From NCBI RefSeq assembly GCF_009914755.1, contig NC_060930.1: a DNA stretch of 64,000 nt; one strand, given 5' to 3'. The translations under genes were made by a program, and so were the position numbers. Positions 1-16,074 of the stretch are shown here, one piece after another; the stretch's first letter is position 1, and each line of letters opens with the position of its first letter. The notes below the pieces were generated by a model that did not search any database, was not told the origin of the DNA, and saw only the letters and a program-made list of their open reading frames with translations. The stretch is from the human T2T-CHM13v2.0 reference genome, Homo sapiens.

Positions 1-778
1 ATAATGCTGGCTTTGTAGAATGAGTTAGAGAGATGTCCCTCCTCCTCAATTTTTTGGAATAGTTTCAGCAGAATTGGTACCAGTTCTTCCTTGTACATCT
101 GGTATAATTCAGCTGTGAATCCAGGTGGTCCAGGATATATTTTGGTTGGTAGTTTTTTCCTTGTTTTTTGGTTTTTGTTTTGAGACAGAATCTTGTTATG
201 TTGCTGAGGCTGGTCTCAAACTGCTGGGCTTAAGTGATCCCCCTGCCTCTGCCTCTCAAACTGCTAGGATTACAGGCGTGAGCCACGACACACAGCCTGG
301 TGGGTAGGATTTTTATTACTGATTCCATTTCAGAACTCGTTATTGGTCTATTCAGGGTTTTACTTCCTTCCTGATTCAATCTTGGGAAGTTCTGTGTTTC
401 TAGGAATTTATCCATTTCCTCTAGATTTTCTAATTTGTGTGCCTGAAAGTGTTCATAATAGTCTCTGAGGATCTTTTATATTTCTGTAAGATTCGTTGTA
501 ATATCATCTTTGTCTTTTCTGATTGTGCTCATTTGGTTCTTGTTTTTATCTTTGTTAACCTAACTGGTGGTCTATCAATTTTGCTTATTCTTTTGAAGAA
601 CAAACTTTTTGTTTAATTGATCTTTTGCATGAATTTTTGCACTCAGTTATGTTCAATTCTTCTCTAATTTTAGATATTACTTTTCTTTTGCTAGCTTTGG
701 AGTTGGTTGGTTCTTTTTATTCTAGTTCCTCTAGGTGCAGTGTGAGACTGTTAATTTGAGATCTTCTTAACTTTTTGA
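1..778 (-). mobile_element. LINE-1 ORF2 segment, inverted 5' part of an L1PA15/16-like element (continues beyond window start)
   Basis: Antisense L1 ORF2 sequence (e.g. ggaatttatccatttcctctagattttc). ORF 230..415(-) begins [16 protein letters not shown], an ORF2 motif. Orientation flips at ~779. Confidence 0.9.
153..297 (-). mobile_element. Free left Alu monomer (FLAM-like)
   Basis: Single Alu monomer with T-rich tail; flanking direct repeat tggttggtag (143-152) / tggtgggtag (298-307). Confidence 0.85.
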
Positions 779-1271
779 TACTGCTGAAAGAAATCAAAGA
801 TGACATAAGTAAATGGAAAAATAATCTATATTCATAGATTGGAAGAATCAATATCCTTAAAATGGCCATACTGCCCAAAGTAATTTACAAATTCAATGCC
901 ATTCTTATCAAGCTAGAAATGTCATTTTTTACAGAAGTCAGAAAAACTATTCTAAAATTCACTGGGAACCAAAACAGAGCCAAAAAGCCAAAGCAATCTT
1001 AAGAAAAAGAACAAAGCTTGAATTATCACATTACCTGACTTTTAAATATAGTACAGATCTATTGTAAGCAAAACAGCATGGTATTGGTACAAAAACAGAC
1101 ACATAGACTAATAGAACAGAATAGAGAACCCAGAAATAAAACCATACACCTACAACCATCAGATCTTCAACAAACTTGACAAACACACTATGGAGAAAGG
1201 AATCCCTATTCAATAAATGGTGCTGGGATAACTGGCTATCCATATACAGAAGAATGAAACTGGACCTCTCT

Positions 1272-3547
1272 TGATATGGTTTGGCTGTGTCCCCACCCAA
1301 ATCTCATTTTGAATTGTAGTTCCAATAATCCTCAAATGTCATGGGAGGGACCAGGTGGAGATAATTGAATCATGGGGGCAGTTTCCCCTATCCTGTTCTT
1401 GTGTTCATAAGTTCTCACGAAATCTGATGGTTTTATGAGGGGCTTCCCCCTTCGCTCAGCTCTCATTCTTCTTCTTCCTGCTGCCATGTGAAGAACATGT
1501 TGGCTTCCCCTTCCACCATAATTGTAAGCTCATCCATGCTGAACTGTGAGTCAATTAAACCACTTTCCTTTATAAATTACCCAGTCTCAGGTACGGCTTC
1601 ATTAGCAGCATGGGAACAGACTAATACAGTATATTGGTACCAGTAGAGTGGGGAATTGCTGTAAGAATACCTGAAAATGTGGAAGCAACTTTGGAACTGG
1701 GTAACAGGCAGACGTTGGAACAGTTTGGAGGGCTCAGAAGAAGACAAGAAGATATGGGAAAGTTTGGAACCTCCTAGAGACTGTTGAATGGCTTTGACCA
1801 AAATGCTAATAGTGATATGGACCATGAAGTCCAGGCTGAGGTGGTCTCAGACAGAGATGGGCAACTTTTTGGGAAATGGAGTAAAGGTCTCTCTTGCTAT
1901 GCAAAGAGACTGGTGGCATTTTGCCCCTACCCTAGAGATCTGTGGAACGTTGAACTTGAAAGAGATGATTTAGGGTATGTGGTGGAAAAAATTTCTACAT
2001 GGCAAAGCATTCAAGAAGAAGCGCAGCATAAAAGTTTGGAAAATTTACAGCCTGATAATGCAATAGAAAAGAAAAATCCATTTTCTGAGGAGAAGTTCAA
2101 GCTAGCTGCAGAAATTAACATAAATAATGAGAAGCCAAATGTTAATCACCAAGACAATGGAGAAAATGTCTCCAGGGCATGTCAGAGACCTTCATGGCAG
2201 CCCCTGCCATCACAAGTCCAGAGGCCTAGGAAGGAAAAACGGTTTTATGGGCCATATCCAGGGACCACCTGCTCTATGCAGCCTCAGGACATGCTGCCCT
2301 GTGTCCCAGCTGCTTCAGCTTCAGCCTTGGCTAAAAGGAGCCAAAGTACAGTTCAGGCCATTCCTTCAGAGTATGCAGACCCTAAGCCTTGGTGGCTTAT
2401 ACATGGTTTTGGGCCTGCAGGTGCACAGAAGTCAAAAATTCAGGTTTGGGAACCTCTGCCTAGGTTTTAGAGGATGTATAGAAATGCCTGGATGTCCAGG
2501 CAGAAGTTTGCTACAGGAGCAGGGCCCTCAGGAAGAACCTCTGCTAGGACAGTGTGAAAGGGAAATATGGGGTTGGAGCTCCCACACAGAGTCCCCCTGG
2601 GGCACTACCTAGTGGAGCTGTGAGAAGAGGGCTACCATCCTCCAGATGCCAGACCGGTAGCTCCACAAACAGCTTGCACTGGGCACCTGGAAAAGCCACA
2701 GACACTCAACTCCAGCCTGTGAAAGCAATCATGAGGGGGGCTGTACCCTGCGAAGCCACAGGAGTGGAGCTTCCCAATGTCATGGGAGCCCACCTCTTGC
2801 ATCAGCATGTCCTGGATTTGAGACATAGAGTCAAAGGAGATCATTTTGGAACTTTAATGTTTAATGACGACTCTATTTGATTTTGGACTTGCATGGGGCC
2901 TGTATCCCCTTTGTTTTTGCCAATTTCTCCCATTTGGAGCAGGTGTATTTACTCAATACTTGTATCTCCATTGTATCTAGGAAGTAACAGGCTTGTTTTG
3001 ATTTTACAGGCTCATAGATGGAAGGGACTTGCCTTGTTTCAGATGAGACTTTGGACTTGGACTTTTGAGTTAATGCTGAAAAGCGTTAAGACCTTGGGGA
3101 CTGTTGGAAGGTCACGATTGTGTTTTGAATTGTGAAGACATGAGATGTGGGAGTGGTCATGGGTGGAATTATATAGTTTGGCTTGACTGTGTCCCCACCC
3201 AAATCTCATCTTGAATTGTAGTTCCCATAATCCCCACATGGCATGGGAGGGACAAGGTGGAGATAATTGAATCGTGGGGGCAGTTTCCTGCAACAAGTTT
3301 CATGATAGTAAGTAAGTTCTCATGAGATGTGATTGTTTTATAAGGTACTTCCCCCTTTACTTGGCTTTCATTCTTCTCTCTGCTGCCATGTGAAGAAAGA
3401 CATGTTGGCTTCCCCTTCCACCATGATTATAAGTGTTCTGAGGCTTCCTCAGCCATGCTGAACTGTGAGTCAATTAAACCTCTTTTCTTTATAAACTACC
3501 CAGTCTCAGGTATGACTTTACTAGAAGAATGAGAATGGACTAATACA
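1272..3547 (+). mobile_element. THE1 (ERVL-MaLR, THE1C/D-like) provirus: LTR 1272-1628, internal 1629-3168, LTR 3169-3547
   Basis: Two ~360-380 bp direct LTRs (tgatatggtttggctgtgtcccc...ctaataca) around THE1-internal sequence; 5-bp TSD tctct/cctct; the host L1 rejoins across the insertion. Confidence 0.95.
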
Positions 3548-3942
3548 CCTCTCTATCACCATATACAAAAATTAACTCAAGATGGATTAAAGACTTAAAT
3601 GTAAGACATCAAACTATAAAAATTCTAGAAGTAATCTGAGGAAGTATCCTTCTTAATATTAGCCTTGGAAAAATAATTTATTGCTAAGTCTTACAGAGTA
3701 ATTGCAATAAAACAAAAATTGACAAGTGGTAACTAATTAATTTCTGCACAGCAAGAGAAGTATCAAGGAAATAAATGAACAACCTATAGAATGGCAGAAA
3801 ATATTCACAAACTATGCATCTGACAAAGGTCTAATATTCAGTATCTGTAAGGAACTTGAACATATCAAGAAGCAAAAAGCAAAGAATCTCATTAAAAAGT
3901 GAGTAAGAGACATGAACGAACACTTCTCAAAAGAAGACATAT

Positions 3943-4459
<517 letters not shown>

Positions 4460-6879
4460 TCAGCCACAATGGAGAGCAGTTTGGAGATTTCTCATAGAAC
4501 CAAGAGTTGAATTACCATTTGACCCAGCAATCCCATTGCTAGGTATATATCCCAAGGAAAATAAATCATTCTACCAAAAGGACACATGTATGTTCACTGC
4601 AGCACTATTCAGAAAAGCAAAACCATGGAATTAACCTAGGTTCCCATCAATTATGAATTGGATAAAGAAAATGTGGTACATATACACCAGGGAATACTAT
4701 GTAGCCATAAAAATAATAAAATTATACCTTTTGCAGCAACATGGAAGCAGGTGGAGGCCAATTATTTTAAGTGAATTAACATAGGAAAAGGAAAAAAATA
4801 CATATTCTCACTTATAAGTGGGTGCTAAACATTGGGTACATGGACAAAAAGATGGGATCAATAGACACTGCGGACTTATATTGGGGGAGAGAGAGGAGAG
4901 GAGAGCTGAAAAACTACCTATTGGGTACTACGCTCACTATCTGGGTTATGGGTTTGGTCATGTCCCAAACCTCAGCATCATGCAACATACTCATGTAACA
5001 AACATGCACATGTATGCCCTGATTCTAAAATAAAATTTGAAAAAGAAAATGAAATTTCCAGTGAGTGTGTAAGGGGGAATACTAAAAATGAAAAGTCAAA
5101 CCAATGGAGTAGAACAAATATTAAAATCCATAATTCATAAAACTTTAATTTAAAAAATGCATATTTAATAGAAACATTATTTATAAAAGGTGGGTGGGAG
5201 AAGAAATCAATCTTACTTATTGAAAAGGAATATATTACATATGAGGACAAAAACTCAGAATGATCAACAGTCAAACTAACAGATTTGCAGTGGGAGGGCC
5301 AGGATCCTTTTGCATCCAGTCTTTAGAAGGATTAAAGATTAGACAGATATTACACCTTTCAACAGCAACATTCTATATCTGAGGAAAATTTAACAACATA
5401 TTTCCCTAAGAGAAAAATTCCTCAAGAAACCAAGGTATTACAGAAGAATTGACATGAGGTGTAGTGGTGAGCATTAAGCACATGTGTGTAAAACTGATAA
5501 TAAGGGTAAAGGTTATTTTTAAAAATCTATAAATGTCATATGTTCTTATTATTTAGATATAATGCAATTAACAATGTAGAATAAGCTCACTGATTACCTT
5601 AAATATTGTAGTTGGGAGTAAAGGATGTCACTTTGAATTAAACACCATGGGAGAATGAGAGAATGGAAAAGAAAAGGTGATCAACTAAACTCATTATAGC
5701 TTATAGAAGAGAACCATAAGATGATATCTAATTTGTTTAATTAAAGAGATTAATTTTGAAAGTAAATATTTTAACAAAAATAGAAGCCCTGCTAAATAAC
5801 AGATGACATATCATAAAGAGCAAAAGACCACATTATAAAAGTAAACACACACATATATATGAATTAATAAATGTACATATAAAATATATATACATATATA
5901 CAGCACAAAAATATGACATTAAACATTAGAAGTAATATCAATAAATGTAAATAGACTTAATCCATCCGGTAAAACATGGAGATTATCAGATTGGCTAAAA
6001 AGCAAAATCCAAATTTATGATGTATACAAAAGTTATTTCTAAAAGAGGCACAGAAAGGTTAAAAATAAATAGATTGGTCAAAGTATGCTAGAAAAATAAC
6101 TTTTAATGCATCTCTCTCAATCCAAGACAAACCAGAGAAACAAGATTACACTATCCCAAAATGGTCTGATCAGTAAGGTAAATGTTCTAACATGTATCAA
6201 ATTCTGAGCCTCAACAAATAAAATGCACCATATTTATAAGTGTCCATATATTAGGTAATACACACACAGAGACAAAATCTGAATAATACTATATATAATA
6301 TAAAAGGTATACTTTGACCAAAATAAGATAAATTAAAATTAACTTTTAAAATAAAAAGCAAAAAATAATAATAATCAAAGGCCCTTTTGCCTGGAGATTA
6401 AGAACTCTTAAACTGTCCAACACTTGGATCACTGGAGAAACACATAACAAAAATTCAGAATTTATAAAAAATAAAGTAACAAAAATATGATATCAGAATT
6501 TAAGAAACAAGTTTAAAGCAGTGTCCATAGACACACATACAGCATTAAATAATTTTTCAGTAAAATGAAAATGAAATAACTATATTTTCTACTCAAACTG
6601 AAAGAACACAGAAGGAAAGAATGTTTGACATGAAAACAGAAATTAATAAGCTGAAAAACAAGAATGCAATTCATCCAAAAGCTGCTTAATTTAAAAAAAT
6701 TAACCAAAGCAACAAATGCTAGATATCTTAAGAAAACAAAAATGGGGAGCACAAACATATGAAATACTAAATAACATGTGAAATACTAAATGACAATGGA
6801 ATAGGTACTAAAAGAAAAGACTACTTTTTACACTTCTATGAAAACAAACTTGAATATCTAGATGAAATATACAACTCTC

Positions 6880-10108
<3,229 letters not shown>

Positions 10109-10614
10109 CTAAAACATATCATCGTGATTTCAAAGTGCAGAAAATAAAGGCTTACTTCCAATTTCTTTTATGAAATAAACATAAGGTTAACAAACATTGC
10201 ACAGAAAAACTACAGACTGTTTACTGTGAATATTGATGTATAATTTAAATAAAATATTAACAAATAGGAACCAATACTGCATTTTAAAAGTACATCCTTA
10301 CTAAGCCAGTGAAGTTAAATTTATGGTGAATGTTGGGTTAAAGAATGGTAAATCCGAGGCTTTATGACAGTGCTTCTGCACAGCAAAAGAAACTATCACA
10401 GTGAGTTTAAATATTATGAAATTCTTTAATATAATTAATCACATCAACATATATAAAGAGAAAAATATGATCTCATGAGAGACAATCTTTTAGCAAAAGG
10501 CATTTGACACATCAATACTATTTCATTTTTTTAAATAAAACTGCTAAATTAAACAGCTTTTCTAGAAACTGAAATATGATCTATATATATTTCAGCTTTA
10601 AAGCTAGAATCTTA

Positions 10615-13355
10615 TTTTTTACAGCTTTATTGAGGTATAATTGATCTACACATAATTGCTTAGTGAATACAATTTTATTATTTTGAACATATGAATACAC
10701 CTATGACACCATCATGACAATCGCATTAATAAACTTATCCATCATCTCCTTATGTCTCTGTGTGTGTGTGTATATGTGTGTGTGTTTATGTGTTAAGAAC
10801 ACCTAATATAAGATCTAGCCTCTTAATGAATATTGTTAACTACAGTCACTGTGTTGTACAGCAGATCATTAGAACTTATTCATCTTATATAACTGTAACT
10901 TTATACTCATTGAACAAAACCTCCTAATTTCCCCCACCCCATCCCCTGGCAGCCACCATTCTATTTTTCTATTTTCTGCTTATATAAGTTTGATTATTTT
11001 AAATACCTCATATAAGTGAAATCATGCAGTATTTTTTCATCTGTACCTGACTTATTTCACTTAGTGTGATGTCTTCTAGTTCCACCCATGTTTTCATAAA
11101 TGACAATATTTCCCTTTTTTAATGCTGAATATGTTTCCATTATTTATATATACCATATTTTCTTTATTCATCTGTTGGTGAACACTTAGATGAATTCTAT
11201 ATCTTGGCTATTGTGAATAACACCACAATGACCATGGGATTCCAGAAATATTTTTGAAATTCTTATTTCAATCCTTTTAGATATATACTCAGAAGTGGGA
11301 TTGCTAAATCATATGATATTTGTTTTTAACTTTTTGAGAAAGATCCATACTGTTCTTCATAATCACTGTACTAGTTTACATTTTTACCAACAGTGTACCA
11401 AGGTTCTCTTTTCTCTCTATTTTCCCCAACATTTCTTACCTTTCATGTGTTTAATAATAGCCATTTTAACAGGTGTGAGGTCGCAGAACATTGTTTTAGT
11501 TTGCATTTCTCTGATGTTTAGTGATGCTGAGATTTTTTTCATATACCTGTTGGGCATTTCTATGTCTTCTTTGGAGAACTGTCTATTAAGGTCCTTTGCT
11601 CATTTTTAAATTGAGCCATTTGGTTTTTTGCTACTGCGTTGCAGGAGTCTCCATGCATTTTTGTTATTAACATCTTACCAGATATATGGTTTGCAAGTAT
11701 TTTCTCCCATCCTGCAGGTTGCCTCGTCACTCTGTTGTTTCCTTTGTTGTGCAGAAGCTTGCTAGTTTGATGTAATCCTGCTTCCCTATTTTTGCTTTTG
11801 TTGCTTATGTTATTGGTGTCATATGCATGAAATCATTGCCTAGACCAACGTCATTTAAGCGTTTTCCCTAGGAGTATTACAAGTTCTAGCCTTACCTTTA
11901 AGTACTTAATCCATTATGAGTTTATTTTTGTTTATAGTGTAAGCTAGGGGTCCAATTTTATTCTTTTGTAGGTGGATGTGCAGTTTTTCCAATACCATTT
12001 GTTAAACAGGCAATCCTTTCCCCATTGTGTGTTTTTGGCACCCGAGTTGAAAATCAGTTGACCATATACGCTTGGGTTTATTTCTGGACTTTCTATTCTG
12101 TTCCATTGGCTTACATGAGGAGACTTCAAAAAGACTGTAGAAAACTAGAATTAAAAGATAAAAGTAAAAAAATAAACTTTATTTCCCAACATAAGCTCCA
12201 TCAAATTAAAGACATTTTTTGTAAGCAACGACCAGTAATTCAGTCCATCCCTAAAGAATTAAGGGTCCTTGGAATTTAACCTTGTCAATGCAGTCTTTTT
12301 CACATTATTAACGTGGAATAAATGGGTGTGCTTTAAGGATATTTTAAGATTCAGAAACAAAAAGTTAGAAGGATCCAACCAAGGACTGTAAGGTGGGTGT
12401 GTAGTTATTTTCAACAAAATTCCAACAAAATTGCTGTTGTTTGATGAGAGGAATAAGCAGGAGCATTGCAATGGTGGAGAAGGACTCTCTGGTCAACCTT
12501 TCCCAGGCATTTTTCTGCTACAGCTTTGGCTAACTTTCTTAAAATATTCTCATAATAAACAGATGTTATTGTACTTTGGCCACCAGAAAGTCAACATGTA
12601 AAATGCTTTGAGCCTCCCAGTGAAGTATTCCATGAACTTTGCTCTCAACCATTCCACTTTTGCTTTGATTGGACCACTTCCACCTCTTGGTAGCCATGGA
12701 TTTGATTGTGCTTTGTCTTTATGATCATACTAGTAAAGATGTATTTCAGTTTCTGTTACAACCTTTGAAGAAATGCTTCAGGACCTTGATCCCATTTGTT
12801 TAAAATTTCCATAGAAAGCTTTGCTCTTCTCTACAGCTGATCTGGGTTCAACAGTTTTGGCATCCATTGAATGGAAAGTTTGCTCAACTTTATTTTTTTA
12901 GTCAGACTGTGTAATCTGACTAATTGAGATGTCTATGGTGTTGACTATTGTTTCTGCTATCATTATTAGTCCTCTCCAATTAGGGCACCGACAAGTGCAT
13001 TTTTTACTTGAAAACTGATGTGGATGGTCTGCCACTGCAGGCTTCATCTTCAACATCATGTTGTCCTTTCTGAAAAGGAGGACTTTGTAAACTGTTGATT
13101 TCTTTGAGGCACTGACTTCATAAACTTTTCATAAAGCCTAGGATTTACCATTCTTCAACCCAACATTCACCATAAATTTAAATTTTAGCAAAATTTATGT
13201 TGCTCCAACAAGGGCTCTTATTTAAACATGTTATAACAAGTTAGTGGAAGTTTATTTTAGTGCAAAAAAAATTGAAATCCATGCATACCTTTTTCATAAT
13301 ACAAATTTTCCATGAATTTTTGAAGTCCCCTTGTAACTCAGTCTTTATGCCAGTA
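10615..13355 (-). mobile_element. LINE-1 3' end (L1MA/L1MB-like), split by HSMAR2
   Basis: Begins tttttacagctttattgaggtataattga; ORF 11944..12129(-) [20 protein letters not shown]; resumes after the mariner as cagtctttatgccagta. Confidence 0.88.
12116..13333 (-). mobile_element. HSMAR2 mariner DNA transposon, near full length, decayed transposase
   Basis: Terminal inverted repeats tgaggagacttcaaaaagactgtagaaaa / ttttccatgaatttttgaagtccccttg followed by TA; ORF 12259..12471(-) has HPPYSPWLDPSNF, matching the mariner HPPYSPDLAPSDF motif. Confidence 0.92.
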
Positions 13356-14137
13356 ATGAGGAGACCCTAGAGTCAGTCACATAAAAGTCAGAAACGACAA
13401 AAATGTCTTCTGTTCTTACTATTATTTTGCTATTTGATTGTATTGAGATCTACTTGACAAAGTGGTTAGTCATAAACGAAAAAGCAATTAAAAGTGTAAG
13501 AAGTAAAAAGAGGGAAATACCACCTCCATTTGTCTATGGCATGATTAAATATCTAAAACAATTAAAAGCACCAATAAAAAATGGCTGCAAGATTAGAAAG
13601 ATACAAAATTAATATACAGAAATTAATAGCCTTCATAGATGAAAAGAGGAATTAGAACATATCACAGAAAATCCCTTTTGTTTATTTCAAATAAAAATAA
13701 AATAGACAAGCAAAAATTTAATAAACTATATAAAAACTATATCAGGAAAAATATAAAATATTACAAAGGACAAAATAGTATACTTTATAAATGGAAAGAC
13801 ATACTATGCTCTTGAATAGAAAGACTTGATTTTTTTAAATGCCATTTGCTTTACCTGGGATACAATTATGAATGTAATGTAATGTGATCAAGGAAAAAAA
13901 AAATGCCATCAATGTTTTTCTGTGATTAGACATATTGATTACAAAGCTTATATGAAGAAATGAACCAGCAGTTGTAGTCACAAAACCCCTAAAATAAAAA
14001 GAGCAATACATATGGGAGGTGAGAAGAAATGTTAGCCATAATAAATATGTAAACATATTGTAAAGCTGCTAAAAAATATAGTGTGGTATTTGCACATGAA
14101 GAAAGACACAGATCAATGGAACAAAGCAGAGGATCAA

Positions 14138-14232
14138 CATACTATATATACATATAGCATGTATATATACACACACTATATATATACACACACACATTCT
14201 ATATATATATACACACACACTATATATAGAGA
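14138..14232. repeat. (TA)n/(CA)n compound low-complexity repeat
   Basis: Repeated tatatata/cacacac blocks. Confidence 0.8.
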
Positions 14233-15382
14233 TTTAATAAAAGTTGTAAAAATTGGGTAGTCATATAAAAATAGACTCATTATTTAAACCAAAACTAGAA
14301 TAAATTCCAAATCAATCAGAACTCTAAATTCAAATTTGGAATAATACAAGTATTAGAAGAAAATATGAGCAAATTACTTTATAATCTTCAAATACTCTGC
14401 TTAATGGAAAATAGGGAAATTTTGCTAGCTATAATTCAAAATCCAGAGTCAGTACAAGAAATGATTGATAACATAGCAAAACACAAAAGCAATGTAAAAA
14501 TACAAATAAAAAATTGAAAAAATATGTGTAACATATCAAAAAGGCTAATATCTAGTACCTGAAGAACTTTTAAAAATGGAAATTAAAGTACCAATAACCC
14601 ATTAGAAAAGCGGAGAAATTATATAAAATATGATCAATATGCAACGTATAAAAATGATCCTTAAACATATGAAACAAGACTACCTTTATTTAAAATTATA
14701 GAAAAACAAACTAAACTGTACTGAAATACCATTTTTAATTACCTGATTGTTAAAAAGCTGAGGCTGACAGGATGTTCCACATGGACAATTCTAAGAAAAC
14801 AAACACCCTCATTCATGGTTACAGAAATGCGAAATGATGAATCCTATGAAGAAGAATTTGGAAATATTTACCAAATTGCCTATGTGTTATTCTGTGACTT
14901 GAGGATCTTTCTTCTAGATTCTGGCAAATATGCAAATTATCCTTTAAGCAAGGTTGTTAATTGTGACGTTAATTAAAGATATATTAATAGGGAATTACAC
15001 TGTTGTGCCTCCACTCAAAGCAGTGCTGTGCAGCTATAAAGAGGAATAAAGGTGATTTGTGTGTCTAGAAAAATATAGATAAATAGATGATAGATAAAGA
15101 TAGATAGCTCTAGGATATATATTAAGTAAAATAAATTACAAAATATTATTTCTAGAATGATACCATGTATGTAAGAGAGGGGAATTGTGTGTGTATATGT
15201 ATTTCATTCAATTTTCAAAATAGAAACCATGTAAATGTGAAACCAAACCTAATAAAATTTTGCCCATGCAGAGAGTCGGGGCAAAGGGTCAATGGAACAG
15301 GAATACTATCAGGACTTTTGTGAATTTTTTTCTACTTTGACTTGGAACTATGTAAATATTTTATATAATTTAAAATTTTACT

Positions 15383-15397
15383 TTTTGTTTTGTTTTG

Positions 15398-15428
<31 letters not shown>

Positions 15429-15568
15429 ATTATTATTATACTTTAAGTTTTAGGTACATGTGCACAATGTGCAGGTTAGTTACATATGTATACACGTGCC
15501 ATGCTGGTGTGCTGCACCCATTAACTCGTCATTTAGCATTAGGTATATCTCCTAAAGCTATCCCTCCC
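15383..15568 (-). mobile_element. Very short 5'-truncated young L1 (L1PA2/3-like) 3' end
   Basis: T-rich tail + ttatactttaagttttagg...gcaggttagttacatatg...gctatccctccc. Confidence 0.92.
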
Positions 15569-15756
15569 AAATGAAACGTCTAAAATTATAAAACATACTG
15601 AAATAACAGCTGTCACTTCCAGTGATTTTTCAGTTTATATACCTGACAGCATAACTATCTGCTTAAGTTTTCTGCACCCTGTGTTGTGATCATGTGTAAA
15701 TTTTTTATGTGTACCTGTAAAACTTTTCTAATATATATTAGCAATTAAAGACTTTA

Positions 15757-16074
<318 letters not shown>

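Noticed and set aside
1784-2470. 228-aa ORF and neighbouring 100-160 aa ORFs
   Set aside because: They lie inside the THE1 internal region; fragmented remnant of the MaLR ORF, mirrored at 37.2-38.3 kb. Not a host gene.
6761-6796. 19-bp-period repeat gaaatactaaat
   Set aside because: Small slippage duplication in decayed A-rich L1; unremarkable.
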